Below, one piece after another: positions 1-18,847 of a stretch of 64,000 bases of DNA; the first letter of the stretch is position 1; every line of letters starts with the position of its first letter. The DNA comes from the human T2T-CHM13v2.0 reference genome, Homo sapiens. The notes beneath the pieces are model-generated. The model did not search any database. It was given only the letters and a program-made list of their open reading frames with translations, and was not told the DNA's origin. The stretch lies in the NCBI RefSeq assembly GCF_009914755.1, contig NC_060945.1; one strand, 5' to 3'. The position numbers and the translations under genes are program-made.

Positions 1-143
1 CGCCCGGCTAATTTTTTGTATTTTTAGTAGAGACGGGGTTTCACCGTGTTAGCCAGGATGGTCTCCATCTCCTGACCTCGTGATCCGCCCGCCTCGGCCT
101 CCCAAAGTGCTGGGATTACAGGCGTGAGCCACCGCGCCCGGCC
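1..143 (-). mobile_element. AluY-type SINE, left arm (cut by window start)
   Basis: Reverse complement of Alu 5' end (...gagccaccgcgcccggcc); 'caccgtgttagccaggatggtctc' is Y-type; CpGs intact. Confidence 0.93.
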
Positions 144-1036
144 CACACTGACTTTCTACCAGACACAGAAGGAACTAATACAGAAGGCTAATCATCAGTA
201 GTTTTTGAATCCACCAATAACAAATAAATAAATAAAATGTATTTAAGTTTAAATAATTTTATTTTATAAATTACATACTTAAATAGAACAATTTAGATGT
301 TACTTACATGCATATGTTATTTCTATTTGTTATTTAACTTTAAAATATCTTAAACCTGTATACTTAAATTGTGTGTCAAATGTATATTTTATATTGTATG
401 TTATTATATATTTATATACACACATATATACATACACATACATACACACTGACTTTTCACACATATACACACAGTCTGAAATTTACCTTTTGACTACCAA
501 CACAATTATTACACCATTACTTTTATTAAATGTTTTTAAATAGGAGCCTCATTTAAATCTACTGCATATTCTTTTAACTTGCTTGTGTCTAAAAGTTTTT
601 AAGGCAGCTTACAAAACTACGTACTATAAACTGAGGGCAGCAAAAATAAAGCCTGAGATATAGCTAATATTCAAATTACACATCAAAAGACCCTCCCTGA
701 TTCCTAGAGGTCAGCCATAGATGGCTAACAGATCACCCAACTATAAGGAGAGACCCCTATCCACTCAGTTGCTAGTGAATATACAGTAACACAGTCAACA
801 AAGCACATGAAATGCATTCACCAGGACTTGGGATAATCACCCGGCATGGTTTATCCTGGGCCTTTCTTTCCACTACTCTCTCTATGACTTTCAACTCACA
901 GCCTTTATACTGGCTGGTCCTTCCCCTCTTGACTGTCCTTTTTCAGATGACTCCAGACTGTCCATCCTAGCCACCAACCATTGTAAACTCAGATCCTGGC
1001 ATGGAGTATTTACTCACCAATAAATGTCAAGTAAAA

Positions 1037-1167
1037 GAGGCAGGCAGGCAGGCAGGAAGGAAGGAAAGAAGAAAAAGAGAAAGAAAAGAGGAAAGGGAAG
1101 GAGAGAGGAGAGGAGAGGAGGGGATGGCAGGGGAGGGAGGGGGAAGGAGAAGGAAGGAATGAGAAGG
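1037..1167. repeat. Purine-rich low-complexity tract (GGCA/GGAA/GGAGA)
   Basis: About 130 bp of almost only G/A. Confidence 0.9.
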
Positions 1168-1834
1168 CCCTCAGGGGGTCTGGGGTTGTAGCATAAAAGG
1201 GCCCATAACTGTAAAAAATGATATTTTACAGTTCAGGTTTTAACCTTGAAGTGCACACAGACCTTAATACAGCACTGTTTAAGCATTAGGACTAAAGCTT
1301 GAATTTTCACGGGGTAAACTGATATTTGAAGAACCTATGCAATATTTCCTTTCTAGTTTCTAATGTTCCTTGAATGGCTCAAGCTTGAAACCACTGGGAT
1401 CAACATCTGTCATCAAACAGAGCTTGAAATCAGCTACCATCGGAGTTGACATTTGTAGGACACCTGCCCTCACCCTGGCCTCCGCTGAGCTCCTGCTTGG
1501 CTCCCTAGAGTACTTCTGCTCCTTCCTGGGTGCCAGTCCTGCTGGCATGGGGTCATCAGTGCCTGCCTTTAGCAACTCTGCTTGGTCTCACTTTCTGCTT
1601 CTAACAGTCTGGGAGCACCAGGTAAGCAGGTGGTAACAACAACATGCAGACTCAGAGAATAAGACCATGAGGAACTCCACATGTTTGAAGCAGGGTCTTT
1701 AGCACAAAGGTTTGATCCTTTAAATTTAACCTTTCATGGGCCTTTTATGTAATTCCTGGTTCTGACTTATCTATGGGTTCATGGAATAATCTCAGGGTGA
1801 GAAAGCACTTTCTCCCTCTCTCTATAACCTGTAA

Positions 1835-1906
1835 CTCTCTCTCTCTCTCTTTCTCTCCCTCTCTCTCTCTCTCTCTGTGTGTGTGCATGTGTGCGTGTGT
1901 GCGTGC

Positions 1907-1960
<54 letters not shown>
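1835..1960. repeat. Compound microsatellite (CT)n-(TG/CG)n-(GA)n
   Basis: CT run 1835-1876, alternating TG/CG 1876-1928, (GA)16 1929-1960. Confidence 0.97.
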
Positions 1961-1963
<3 letters not shown>

Positions 1964-2059
1964 CCTGCTCACACGTAGAGGGTAAGCACTCCAGGTAGCT
2001 ATAAAACATTTCACCAGTGAAGCATACTGCTATTGTCTCTCAGGCAGGCTTGGGTGTTG

Positions 2060-2470
2060 CATGAGGTGAGGCTGGAGGGGGCTGCTGGAGCCACATCCTT
2101 AGAGAGGTAGAAGTCACACCAAGTCATGTGGGTTCATGCTGAGAGTAATCAGAGCTACTCAACCATTTCCAGCAGAGGGATACATGAGAAGATTTGAATT
2201 TTAGCAAAATCAGCATAACTGCAGGGTGGGGAATCCATTGGAAGGGCTGAGGGTGAAGGCAAGGAAGCCCGTGAGAAAGTTAATAATCTTAGAGACGGAA
2301 CCAGGGGAGAGGCAGTGAAGATGGGCAGCTTCTAGAAACATTCTAGAGAGAACCTATGAAGCTGCTTGAGGGTGAGGGCTGTTTCCAGGGAGACATCCAG
2401 GTTTTTGGCATGAGTTTTCATAGATGGTTCTGCTATTCACTGAGATAAGGAGCACAGGAGAGAGAAGAGA
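2060..2470 (-). mobile_element. L2 LINE fragment
   Basis: Degenerate antisense L2 motifs ('gatttgaattttagcaaaatc', 'ccaggtttttggcatgag', 'ctattcactgagataagg'). Confidence 0.6.
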
Positions 2471-2549
2471 GTTGTAGCCAGCATAGTGAAGAGGCCATTG
2501 CCAGTTGATTAGAGTCAAATTTATGTACATTCTGGTTCTTGTACACTCT

Positions 2550-2702
2550 AGATGGCACTTCGCAAACTAAGGCACATTCAAATCCCTGGGGTATCTTATG
2601 AAAACACAGGCACTGGTTCAGGAGATCCAGAGAGGGGTTGATGTTTCTGTCTTTCTAACAGTTGATGCTCATCTTGCTGGTCAGGGACCACATTTTGAAT
2701 TA
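2550..2702. mobile_element. MER5-like hAT-Charlie DNA transposon fragment
   Basis: 'tctttctaacag...gatgctcatcttgctggtcagggaccacattttgaat' resembles the MER5A/B end. Confidence 0.55.
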
Positions 2703-3677
2703 AGGCTCCACATTAATCAAAACTTTTCCTGTTATGCACCCATTCTCAATGAACTTACCAACTCTATGAGTGTGTCGCCCTCTCTGTACTCCGCACCTGG
2801 AACAGTGGCTGGCTGGAGACGGACACCTTTGTTGAGCCCCAGCAGCAAAGCCCTTCCTCTCTGAGTTTCTGCTTCCGCAGCAAGGGCTGCTCTGCTAAAG
2901 TGATGCCAGAGAGCTTGGAAGTCTCTGTGGAGATCACGGCTTCTCTCCATATCGGGGATCCAGGAAAAGAGACGTTTGGTCTCTGGAAACTTCTATTTGA
3001 AGGCTCAGTCATGTCTGAGGTTGTCTTTCTGCATCAGATTGCCTGATAGTTTCAATGAGAAACTGCTGAACTCTGAAGTTTGACTCTGCTGCATTTCAGG
3101 GGGAGAGGTAAGCTTTTTATTCTTTTCTGTCTCCGTGGGCACAGAGTGACACATGCACAGTCAAGAAGAGGAGAAAGGCATCCACCCAAAGGAAAAAAGG
3201 TAAAAATCAAATCATCTCACTAAAGACGCCACTGTGACAAGGGTTCCCTTGGGAATTACAGCCAGAATACCTCTCACCTGGGAGGGATATTATAGCTCGA
3301 ACAGTGAAAAGAAAAAGCTTTATTTCACTATTGTCTTTTCCAATTATTGTGCCCCTTGAAAGATTAAGCAAATGGTTTATTTTTCCTTGGCTTCATTTCC
3401 AGAATCACCTTTACTGGACACAATTTAAATTCTAGTTATTTCCCCACCAAAAGCCAACAAAAATGAGTTCAAGAGAGTTCACAGCGATTTCAAAGAGAAT
3501 TCACAGAGATTCTGCAGCCACGTGGAAAGAATATTATAGGAGATTCTACCATACTATGCAATCCTCATGTATAATAGGATAGTCAGAGGTCATGGGCACT
3601 ATTCTCTAGGTCTATGCTTCTAAAAAACCACAACACAAAAGTAATGCTATAAAATTTGCATAAAGAAAAGAAAATTT

Positions 3678-4493
<816 letters not shown>

Positions 4494-4528
4494 TTATTCA
4501 GTTAGGATACAACGTAAGATTTTGTAGG

Positions 4529-4894
4529 TGTGTTAGTCTGCTCTTATGCTGCTAATAAAGACATATCAGAGACTGGGTAATTTATAAAGGCAAGAGGTTT
4601 AACTGACTCACTGTTCCACATGGCTAGGGAGGCCACACAATCATGGCAGAAGGTGGATGAGAAGCAGAATCATGTCCTACATGGCAGCAGGCAAGAGAGT
4701 GCGTGTGCAGGGGAACTCCCCTTTATAAAACCATCAGATTTCCTGAGACTTATTCATTATCATGAGAACAGCCCAGGAAAGACCCACCCCCATGATTCAA
4801 TTACCTCCTGCCGGGCCCCTCCCATGACACGTGGGAATTATGGGAGATAAAATGCAAAATGAGATTTGGGTGGGGACAGAACCAAACCATATCA
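4529..4894 (-). mobile_element. THE1 (MaLR) solo LTR, THE1B/C-like
   Basis: tgtgttagtc...ccaaaccatatca, 366 bp, perfect 5-bp TSD GTAGG (4524-4528, 4895-4899). Confidence 0.92.
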
Positions 4895-5879
4895 GTAGGT
4901 CTATGTGATTTGCTAAGGACAGTGTTATACACAATAAATACAGTATTTTTTTAAAAAAATGGAATCTATAATTGGATTCTAGACATTTTAATTTCTTTTA
5001 CTTACTATGTAGGTTCACACAGTATATTTTCATTACATGGATGTTGAAATATTACTTTCCCACTGTGTGGCTGATGGATCACATACCATCCTCCTCTCCA
5101 TGCAGGAATCAGGTAAGGGTATGTGAGAGGAAGGAGGTTAGGGTTGGGAAGTCTTTGTTTAACTTCCACCTCATTCTTGAGAAAAGATTTGAGAGAGGTC
5201 TGGCTGGAGTACCCCCACCCTGACGTCACAAAGAGGTTGTCTAGAGCCATTTGGCAGTGCAGGCAGGAGCTTCTGGCACTTGGTAGGATGAGGACCAATT
5301 GTTAATGTGCTTTCTTTGCTTAGTTTTTATCCCCACATTCTCTCCCACTGTCCTGCAAGGTTTCTGTCTCATGGACATGAAAATGTGTCAGTATAAACAC
5401 CAGCATTCTCTATTCACACAAGGATTCCTTGTCACTGGGGATTTTTGCTGACTTCTATTAGTGTAAAAATCATTCTTCAACTTTCTCTAAAATTGCCAAA
5501 CTTTGGCAAAATAATTAATTAAAACAGATTTAAGGTCACTTTTTAAACTACAGATGACATGGATGAGCTCCATTATTCTTTTACGTGACTTGGGCACATG
5601 AGGAATTCAAACATAAAACTTCACCAGCTTATAAAATCTGTGAGTCTCTGCCCCCGTGTTTTAAGATGTTTGTAAAATTTCAAAGTATTTTGTCTTACGA
5701 TATCATAAAAGAAAGTGCAATTTTAGAGTCTAAAATTAATTTAATTACGAACACTTCAAATGTGTTCTCTTATTCTTTTTTAAAAATAAATGCTTTCTAG
5801 TGAAAAATCTATTTTTCTCTTTGACAGGTAATAAGGCAAAATTCTGGGAGGTTATTGGTAATTGCTCTCTTTTTTTATC

Positions 5880-6722
5880 TCATATCTCCTGTTCACATTG
5901 TCAACAAATCCTACTTATTCTACCTGCAAAATATGACCAGAGAGTGATTGCTTCTGCCTAACCTTTTTGCCACGATTCTCTTATTGTCAAGCATTGCTGG
6001 GACTCTGGCAATTTTCCCTTGCAGGCCTGCCTCTTTCTAGTGTTGCACGCCACCCCCACCCTCCAGTCACCTCTGTCTTTTCTCAGTTCAGCAACTGCTG
6101 CAGTTGCTAAAACAGAAATTAGATTCTCTGTTCAAATCCATGCAAAAGTACCCTGTACCATTCAAGGGTATTCCAAGGGCTGCAATACCCCAGGTAACCT
6201 GTCTCCCATTTCCTCTCTGTCCTACCTACCCTCCTTCTATAAACACCCCCACACCCAATTCATTCAACCCAGGCACACTGGCCTTTGTGCTGTTTCTGCA
6301 ACATGCTAGTCACACTCCTGCCCTAAGACCTTTGCCTAGCTTCTCTCTCTGCCTGAAAAGCTCTTCCTCTAAATACATTTCACCAGCAACTTCCCTTCCT
6401 TTAAGCATTTCCTCGGATGCCACTTTCTCAGCAAGCCCTGTTTGAAGCATTTTGCCCCCACTGACTATTGCCAACCCCTATGCCATCACTCCCAACCCCC
6501 CTTCCCGGGGGTCTCATTTCTTTCACACATGCTACACATAACATTTGATCATACTATGTAATTTACATATTTATTAGGTTTGATGTAGTACCCTTCTTCC
6601 CACAACAGAAATCCCATAAAGGAAAACTTTTGTCTGTTATGTTCACTCAAATATCTAAGACACCTAGAATAATGACCAGAGTATAATAAGTAACCAATAA
6701 ATATCTTTCAAATAAATCAAGT
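5880..6722 (+). mobile_element. L2 LINE 3' portion
   Basis: 'caggcacactggcctttgtgctgtttctgcaacatgctag...' and 3' end 'cacctagaataatg...caataaatatctttcaaataaatcaa'. Confidence 0.8.
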
Positions 6723-6969
6723 GATTTTTCCATTGCTTTAGAAAAAAAAAATCCTATTCTAGTGCTTCAGAGCCTTTGATAAATTCTACTTTATAATGCA
6801 TGTGTTATTAGGTATAGATTATAGATAATGAGGATAAGTTCCACTTAAATTAAGAAATTGGCTTGCTTTCTATTTGAATATAGGTCATTGGTAGCCAGTT
6901 ATATAAAAATAAGAAAAAAGAACTAATTGAGAACAGGCTGACTTCCCACCACACTCCCAGAGCAGATTC

Positions 6970-12382
<5,413 letters not shown>

Positions 12383-12611
12383 GTTAATTGGGATTGCTTT
12401 TCATAAAGATCAGCTTGCATACATTTGCCTTTGCAGAGTTTTGCATCACTAAATGGAAGCTGATTTCTAACTTGTATTTCCAGCTATGAGAACTGCTATG
12501 TTGGAATTGGTCAAAATAACGTGGATTTTGAAACCACTAAAATTATGAAATATGAAGTACTGGATTTCGAGTATAATCCAACAGACTCATCAAAGTCTAG
12601 CACATGGTAGG

Positions 12612-13010
12612 TTGCATAGTAAAGTGTTAAGAGTATGGATTTTGGCATTAGATCTGGGTTTCAAAATCTGCACATGTCATAACCTTTCTGTGTCTCGGTT
12701 TTCCTCATTTATAAAACGGGAATAATAACTCTGTGTCATTGGGCTGCTTAAATGTTTGGCACAGTGCCTCCTTCACAATGAGAGTTCAGGACATATCTCA
12801 TTTTGTTGCCAGGAGGAATTACTATTGTCAATTGTATATGAAGGCAACAATGACCCACCATTACGAGCTGAGTAACCTTAAAGAGCTCACTGTATTTCAG
12901 TGAGCCTCAGTTTGATTATCTAAAAATGGGAATACGCCACACCTGCTCTGCAAGACTGCTGTGAGGACTAAACAAAGCAATGCGTATAAAAAACCACACA
13001 GTGGCTGGCC
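12612..13010 (+). mobile_element. Two MIR fragments
   Basis: MIR core 'tgtgtctcggttttcctcatttataaaacgggaataata' and 'gagcctcagtttgattatctaaaaatgggaata'. Confidence 0.7.
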
Positions 13011-13182
13011 CATGGGCTTCCCTTTCTGCTGTAGATGGGTGTTTTAGAGACAACTTCCCTAGGATTGGAAGAAAGGTGGTAGAAACTGACTTCTGTATAA
13101 ACCAGCAAGATTATAAAAACAGCTGCCTGGCATTGTTCAGGATTTATAAGCACATGTATTTCACATATACCTATGTAAACAT

Positions 13183-13270
13183 GAATATATATACAGTATG
13201 TGTATATATATATAATATGTATATATGCACTATGTATATATATATATATAGTGTGTGTGTATATATATAC

Positions 13271-13318
<48 letters not shown>

Positions 13319-13384
13319 GTGTATATATATATATGGGTGTGTATATATATATATATATATATATGGGTGTATATATATATATGG

Positions 13385-13425
<41 letters not shown>

Positions 13426-13426
13426 C
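13183..13426. repeat. Interrupted (TA)n microsatellite with CCC/GGGTGT anchors
   Basis: Directly visible; longest pure run (AT)22 at 13273-13316. Confidence 0.97.
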
Positions 13427-14380
13427 ATCACTGACAGATATATGAGAGAAAAAATATGGTACATATTATAAGAGAGTAATAAAACATTCTTACAATTCTC
13501 AAATAGAATTTTAGAATCCACAGAATTTCTCAATGCTAAGAAGGGAGATTAATTTAAACACAAGAGAATTTCTCATTATAGCAATGTAATACGCAGCTCA
13601 TTCTTTATCATGTAAGAGAGCTGGAGCTATAAATAATGCCTTGTAGTATGAGTAATAATTCCTGAAAAAAATTAACTGGAATGAAGCAGGTTTTTAATAC
13701 AGTATTCAATGAAATCATCTAAATTTACCTAAGCTAGAAACAGACTACTTTGAAATAAGTGTATGAATACTTGCAGACTATAAAAGATTGAAAAGATTAC
13801 TACTATTTTATCTGTTTATGTGGTCATATACCACAATAGAGTAAAACACCATATGTCAAATATCTAGACAGCTATTGAGGAATCTAGCTCAACAATACAA
13901 GTGATCCTAGCCACAAGATTAAACAGTTCTGACACAAATAGTCCATCTCTTCACAGGTTTCTCTCTTGCTCTTTGAATACCTCAATCAGACATTCAGATT
14001 AAAGCAAACAAAAAAACCAAAACTCTACTACATATAGGATGATAGCAGCCAGAACCTTCCAATCTGTGCCAGCCTCTAGATGAAAGATCTCTGTTCTTAT
14101 TTAAGAAGGCACTCACCAGCAACGCATGTGTCTCATTTACTATGTGGGACAAACTATGATCCAACGTGCCCATTAAGTTTCTGGGGAAAGTTTAAGAAAT
14201 AATTAGGGAATTTAACTTTACTTTTCTCTTGCTCTTTTCCAAACCATATCTAAGACAGTTGGGTTAAAGAAGCAGAAATGCAATTAAATTTAGCAAATAT
14301 TTTTTGAAAACTTCTCAGATGCATAGAAGGAAGTCATCCAAGTGTCTGTGCTGGAGGTGAAGATCTGAGCACCCTTCTTT

Positions 14381-14689
14381 TTTTCTTTTTCTTTTTCTTT
14401 TGGAGACAGTGTCTCACTCTGTCACCCAGGATGGAGTGTAGTGATGCGATCTCGGCTCACTGCAATCTTTGCCTCCTGGGTTCAAGTGATTCTCTTGCCT
14501 CAGCCTCCTGAGTAGCTGGGACTACAGACACCCACCACCACACCTGGCTAATTTTTGTATTTTTAGTAGAGACAGGGTTTCACCATGTTGGCTAGGATGG
14601 TCTCGATCTCCTGACCTCACGATCCACCTGCCTCGGTCTCCCAAAGTGCTGAGATTACAGGCGTCAGGCGTGAGCCACTGCGCCCGGCT
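14381..14689 (-). mobile_element. AluS (Sc-like) SINE
   Basis: Full antisense dimer; TSD gag(c/t)acccttcttt; internal 7-bp duplication caggcgt-caggcgt. Confidence 0.92.
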
Positions 14690-15691
14690 GAGTACCCTTC
14701 TTTAGGAAGAAAACTTCAGCAGTACTGGGAGGGAGGAGGAGAAAAGGGAGATTGCAGGAAAAAAGTCTCAGGACAACACATGATTTGCTTCTTTTTGCCT
14801 TTTTCCTAAATATTTATGAAATAGTTTCTAAATATTTTGTTTTTTAAGTTTTCTGAAGAAAGCCCTTTAAATACATATATTTCATAAATACAGGATTTAT
14901 GTCTTGTTTTATGAGTAACATAGACATTCTAGTAATAAACTGCTTATTTCTGTAGTCTATGTCTTTATGTCTTTCAACTGATTAAGACTCCTGCTTCTAT
15001 TAATTTTTCCAGAAACCTTCCAGGAATAAATATCTGTTTTAAAAGAGAGATTAAGTGACCAGCAAGACCTCACTATTGAATGTCAACTTAACTATTTTCT
15101 TTCCAAATCTTACTTTTCTTTTTCTAATTCACAGCTTCATGGATGCAGACGGTACTCTTGACCTTGGAGATCTACATCATATTCTTCAGCATATTAAAGC
15201 TCCAGAAGGGAAGAGATGGCACCTTCAAGCTCAATCATTAATAAAGGGGCAATTTACAAAGCCAGTGCAGTACCCAGGGGCTAAGAGCAGCTCAAAACTG
15301 TCATCTTCCCTAGGCATGGAGGGTTAGTGGGCAGGAGTGGTTTCAGAGCAACCTGAATGGGAAGGAGCAGGTGAAACAAAATCAACTCTCTAACGATACT
15401 GCTCTTCTGCCCTATAGTCTCCTGCTGATGCCTCCCATTGTGGAACCTGGTAGGAAGCCCATGACCTGGGAGCCCATTGAGGCAGCCAGCCTCCTGGGGC
15501 TCAGAGCAGGGTGAAGACAGGGAAAGAGTGGGCTTGGAGAGGCAATATGGTAGGTATGCAGCACGAGGCTTCTCTTTTTAAAGAGAGCAAGCTCAAAGAG
15601 AATTTCATTGCAGAGATACTCCAAACAATATCTATTACTGCAAATATTACTTCATACAGCCTAAAGGTAGAATTAGTAGTCTCTTCTCAGC

Positions 15692-15872
15692 AGGGTTACC
15701 ATATTTAGCTAATACAGGACACCATTTCAATCTAAATGTTAGTTACATAATGCATAATTTTTAGGATAAGTATGCTCCACACAATATTTGGAATATACTC
15801 ACACTAAATATTATGTTTTGTTTATCAGGAATTCAAATTGAACTGGGCATCCTCTATTTTATGTGACAACCT
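15692..15872. mobile_element. MER53 palindromic hAT MITE
   Basis: agggttaccatatttagc...ttttatgtgacaacct, inverted-repeat architecture, centre 'taagtatgctccacacaatatttggaatatactc'. Confidence 0.85.
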
Positions 15873-16196
15873 CACCTCTTTGTATATTAAAATATATATT
15901 CTTCAAATACATATTTGAAGTATTGTTATTACTTCTGTCCCAAACACTAGAGGAAATGATGCGTTTCTACCCAGGTGTGTTATATTTAGTATTATTCCTG
16001 TGAGCTTTATATTTGTGCTCCCCTTTTCAATCTGTGTCTTGAGTCCTCCATTTTTAAAAATTATGCTCCCTACTTTTATTCATTGTGATATATAAAGACT
16101 GTCTCCACAGAGAATGTACTGATTTCACTGAGGTCATCCATGAGCTGCCTCTTTTCTCATGAGAATAAATTTTTAAAGGCATTAAGCTTCGTATTC

Positions 16197-16496
<300 letters not shown>

Positions 16497-16605
16497 AATG
16501 GATTATTAATGTTCTTTCCGGCTGCAGTGATTTTCTAATTTTGCTTTTGAATTGTATATATCTTGAAGAACTTAGAAGGTTTCTCATTCTTTCATATATC
16601 TAAAC

Positions 16606-17612
16606 CAGGGACTCTTAATCTGGGGCCTGCATACCCTCTATGCATAAAATTCAGGAAGCTCCCTGAAGCTGGGTATAGGAAAACATTTGTTCTATTTTTC
16701 ACTAACCTCTAACTGAAATTTATCATGTTTTAAAATTATTAATATAGGCAACAAACCACAGTAGTATTAGTACTGTGACTTCATCATCAATAAAAATTAC
16801 TAATATTTTCAAAATCACATTTCAGATATAGCTCTCTATACATTTTTATTGACACTAATAACTTCTTAAAATTTGCTATGGACACAAATCTAGTGTGTCA
16901 TTTAATAAATTAATCAAGAAGAACATATCATACATCATGGATTTTATCTAATTTGATAACTGTATTAGTTTACTATTGCTGCTGTAACAAATCGCCACAA
17001 ACTTGATGACATAAAAGAATACCAAGGTATTATCTATAGTTCTGTAGGCCATAAATCCAAAATGGGTCAAGCTGGGCTAAAAGCAAGGGGTTGGCAGGCC
17101 GTCTTCTTTCTACAGGCTCAAGGGGAGAATCTATTTTCTTATTTTTTCCAATGTCTAGAGGCTGCCCAAACCCCTCGGTTCATGGTCTCCTTCCATCTTC
17201 AAAGCCAGCAATGGCCCATCGAGTTTCCCATTGCATCACTCTGACACGGGTTCTCCCGTCTCTTCCTTCTACTTTTAAGGACTCTTGTCATGACATTGGA
17301 CTCACCCAGATAATCCACAATAATTTTCTTATGTCAAGGACAGCTGAGTAGCAAACTTAATTCTATCTCCACCTTTAATTTCCCCTTGCCATAGGACATA
17401 ACATATTCACAGGTCTGGCAACTAAGCCACAGGCATTTTTGGGGAGTCATAATTCTGCCTAACATATATATTAGTAATAATTTGCTAAATGATTTCCTTT
17501 ATAATATTATGTATAATTTTTTTTATTTAACAAAACTATCCTGAGGAGAGTTCCATGGGCTCCATGAGTTTGCCAGAGAGCTCTACGGCACACAGCAGGT
17601 TAAGAACGTCTC
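16606..17612. mobile_element. hAT-Charlie-type DNA transposon remnant split by MLT1D
   Basis: Degenerate TIRs cagggactcttaatct ... aggttaagaacgtctc; AT-rich body on both sides of the LTR. Confidence 0.6.
16961..17464 (-). mobile_element. MLT1D (MaLR) solo LTR
   Basis: tgtattagtttactattgctgctgtaacaaat...cataattctgcctaaca, ~500 bp. Confidence 0.85.
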
Positions 17613-17669
17613 ATTTGCGACAGTGATGCTGACAATTAGAACCATAGCATTCCTTTAAGGAAATATCTG

Positions 17670-17830
17670 CTACAAAGTCACTTGCATATGTTCTCTTTAC
17701 TTCCTACTTCCCAACGTTACGCATTAAGAATATCTATTATGCTACTTTTACAGAAGAAGAAACCAGGGTTTGGAGAGTGATCTGCCAAAGGCCACACTGC
17801 TGATGGGTTGCAGGGCTAAATTCAAAGAGC
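17670..17830 (-). mobile_element. MIR fragment
   Basis: 'ttttacagaagaagaaaccagggtttggagagtgatctgccaaaggccacac'. Confidence 0.65.
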
Positions 17831-18748
17831 GCTCCACCGACCTTGGAGCTGAGGCTCCCATGCTTCAAGTCTTCTTCGAGCATTGCCCTGTATTCACTCA
17901 CCGCCTGATATGCTTCGACCAAGAGGATATTAGTACCAGATGAGTATCAGCCTACACTGTTTATTCCCCCTCTTATGGATGCATCTGACCAGACTAGAAA
18001 TGTTATCTTTGAAAAACAAACTCTAGCTACCTCTGTCCCCAGCTTTCCTGCATTATCAGAGAAAACTTTATTAACATGCACTTATAACAAGACTAGCACA
18101 TGTTTCTCCCACCAACTGTTGTAGCTAGAATGAGCAAGTGAGCAGGTGGCAGTGCTATCAAGGAGCTGTCAGATGCCAACTTCACGCTGCACATCCGCTG
18201 ATTTTCAGTGGGTTACCTTACCTCAGGTAGCTACAAGAACTCTCAAACAAAAATACACTGAAGATCTGGAACACAAATCTTTAAGTCATTAACATTCGTC
18301 TCTTTAATTTCAGGGCTTACCCAGGGTCCTATTTTCTCTGGATTTCTCAAGCCACAAAGATTAAGATCTAGCTCTGATTTTCATGTATTTGTTTGATTTG
18401 GTTTTGGTTTTAGTTTTGGCTGGATAGTATCTTCACTGTGCAACTTGGAACCGTATTTGACCTGGTAATTCAGGTCTGAATTGGCACTGATTTACAGCCA
18501 CTGTGAATTGATGGTCATGGGTTATCATTGTAGTTGGTCATTTCTGCTAGTTCACTGACTAGTGGAACCTCTCTTCCAGGCTTTCATCAGAAAGATGCTA
18601 TTGGATATTTCAAAAGAGCACCAGAGCTCCCCAACAGTGGCTCATAAACGTTTCTGGTAGAACAAATCCATGGGACACAATATCTCACCGTGACTCACTG
18701 TTCTATCTGGCCAGCTCTAGAAATGAACAGTCTGAGGCTTAGAACATT

Positions 18749-18847
18749 GAAGGAAAGGAAAGAGAAGAGAAGAGGAAAGAAGAGGGGAGGAGAAAAGAAG
18801 AGAAAAGAGGAAGAAAAGAGTGGGGCGAGGAGAGAGGAGGAAGAGGA
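18749..18847. repeat. GA-rich low-complexity tract
   Basis: About 100 bp nearly pure purine. Confidence 0.85.

Noticed and set aside
1360-1575. 71-aa minus-strand ORF with protein-like composition
   Set aside because: Non-ATG start, an in-frame TGA a few codons upstream, and no recognised homology
3471-3512. 22-bp-period imperfect tandem duplication (aagagagttcacagcgattt / aagagaattcacagagattc)
   Set aside because: Ordinary small slippage duplication with no evident function
5221-5228. Full CRE palindrome TGACGTCA (another at 47151-47158)
   Set aside because: Isolated 8-mers with no supporting motif cluster or promoter context
13317-13423. Regularly spaced repeats as a CRISPR-like array
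   Set aside because: Spacers are simple (AT)n, the context is eukaryotic, and no cas genes are present
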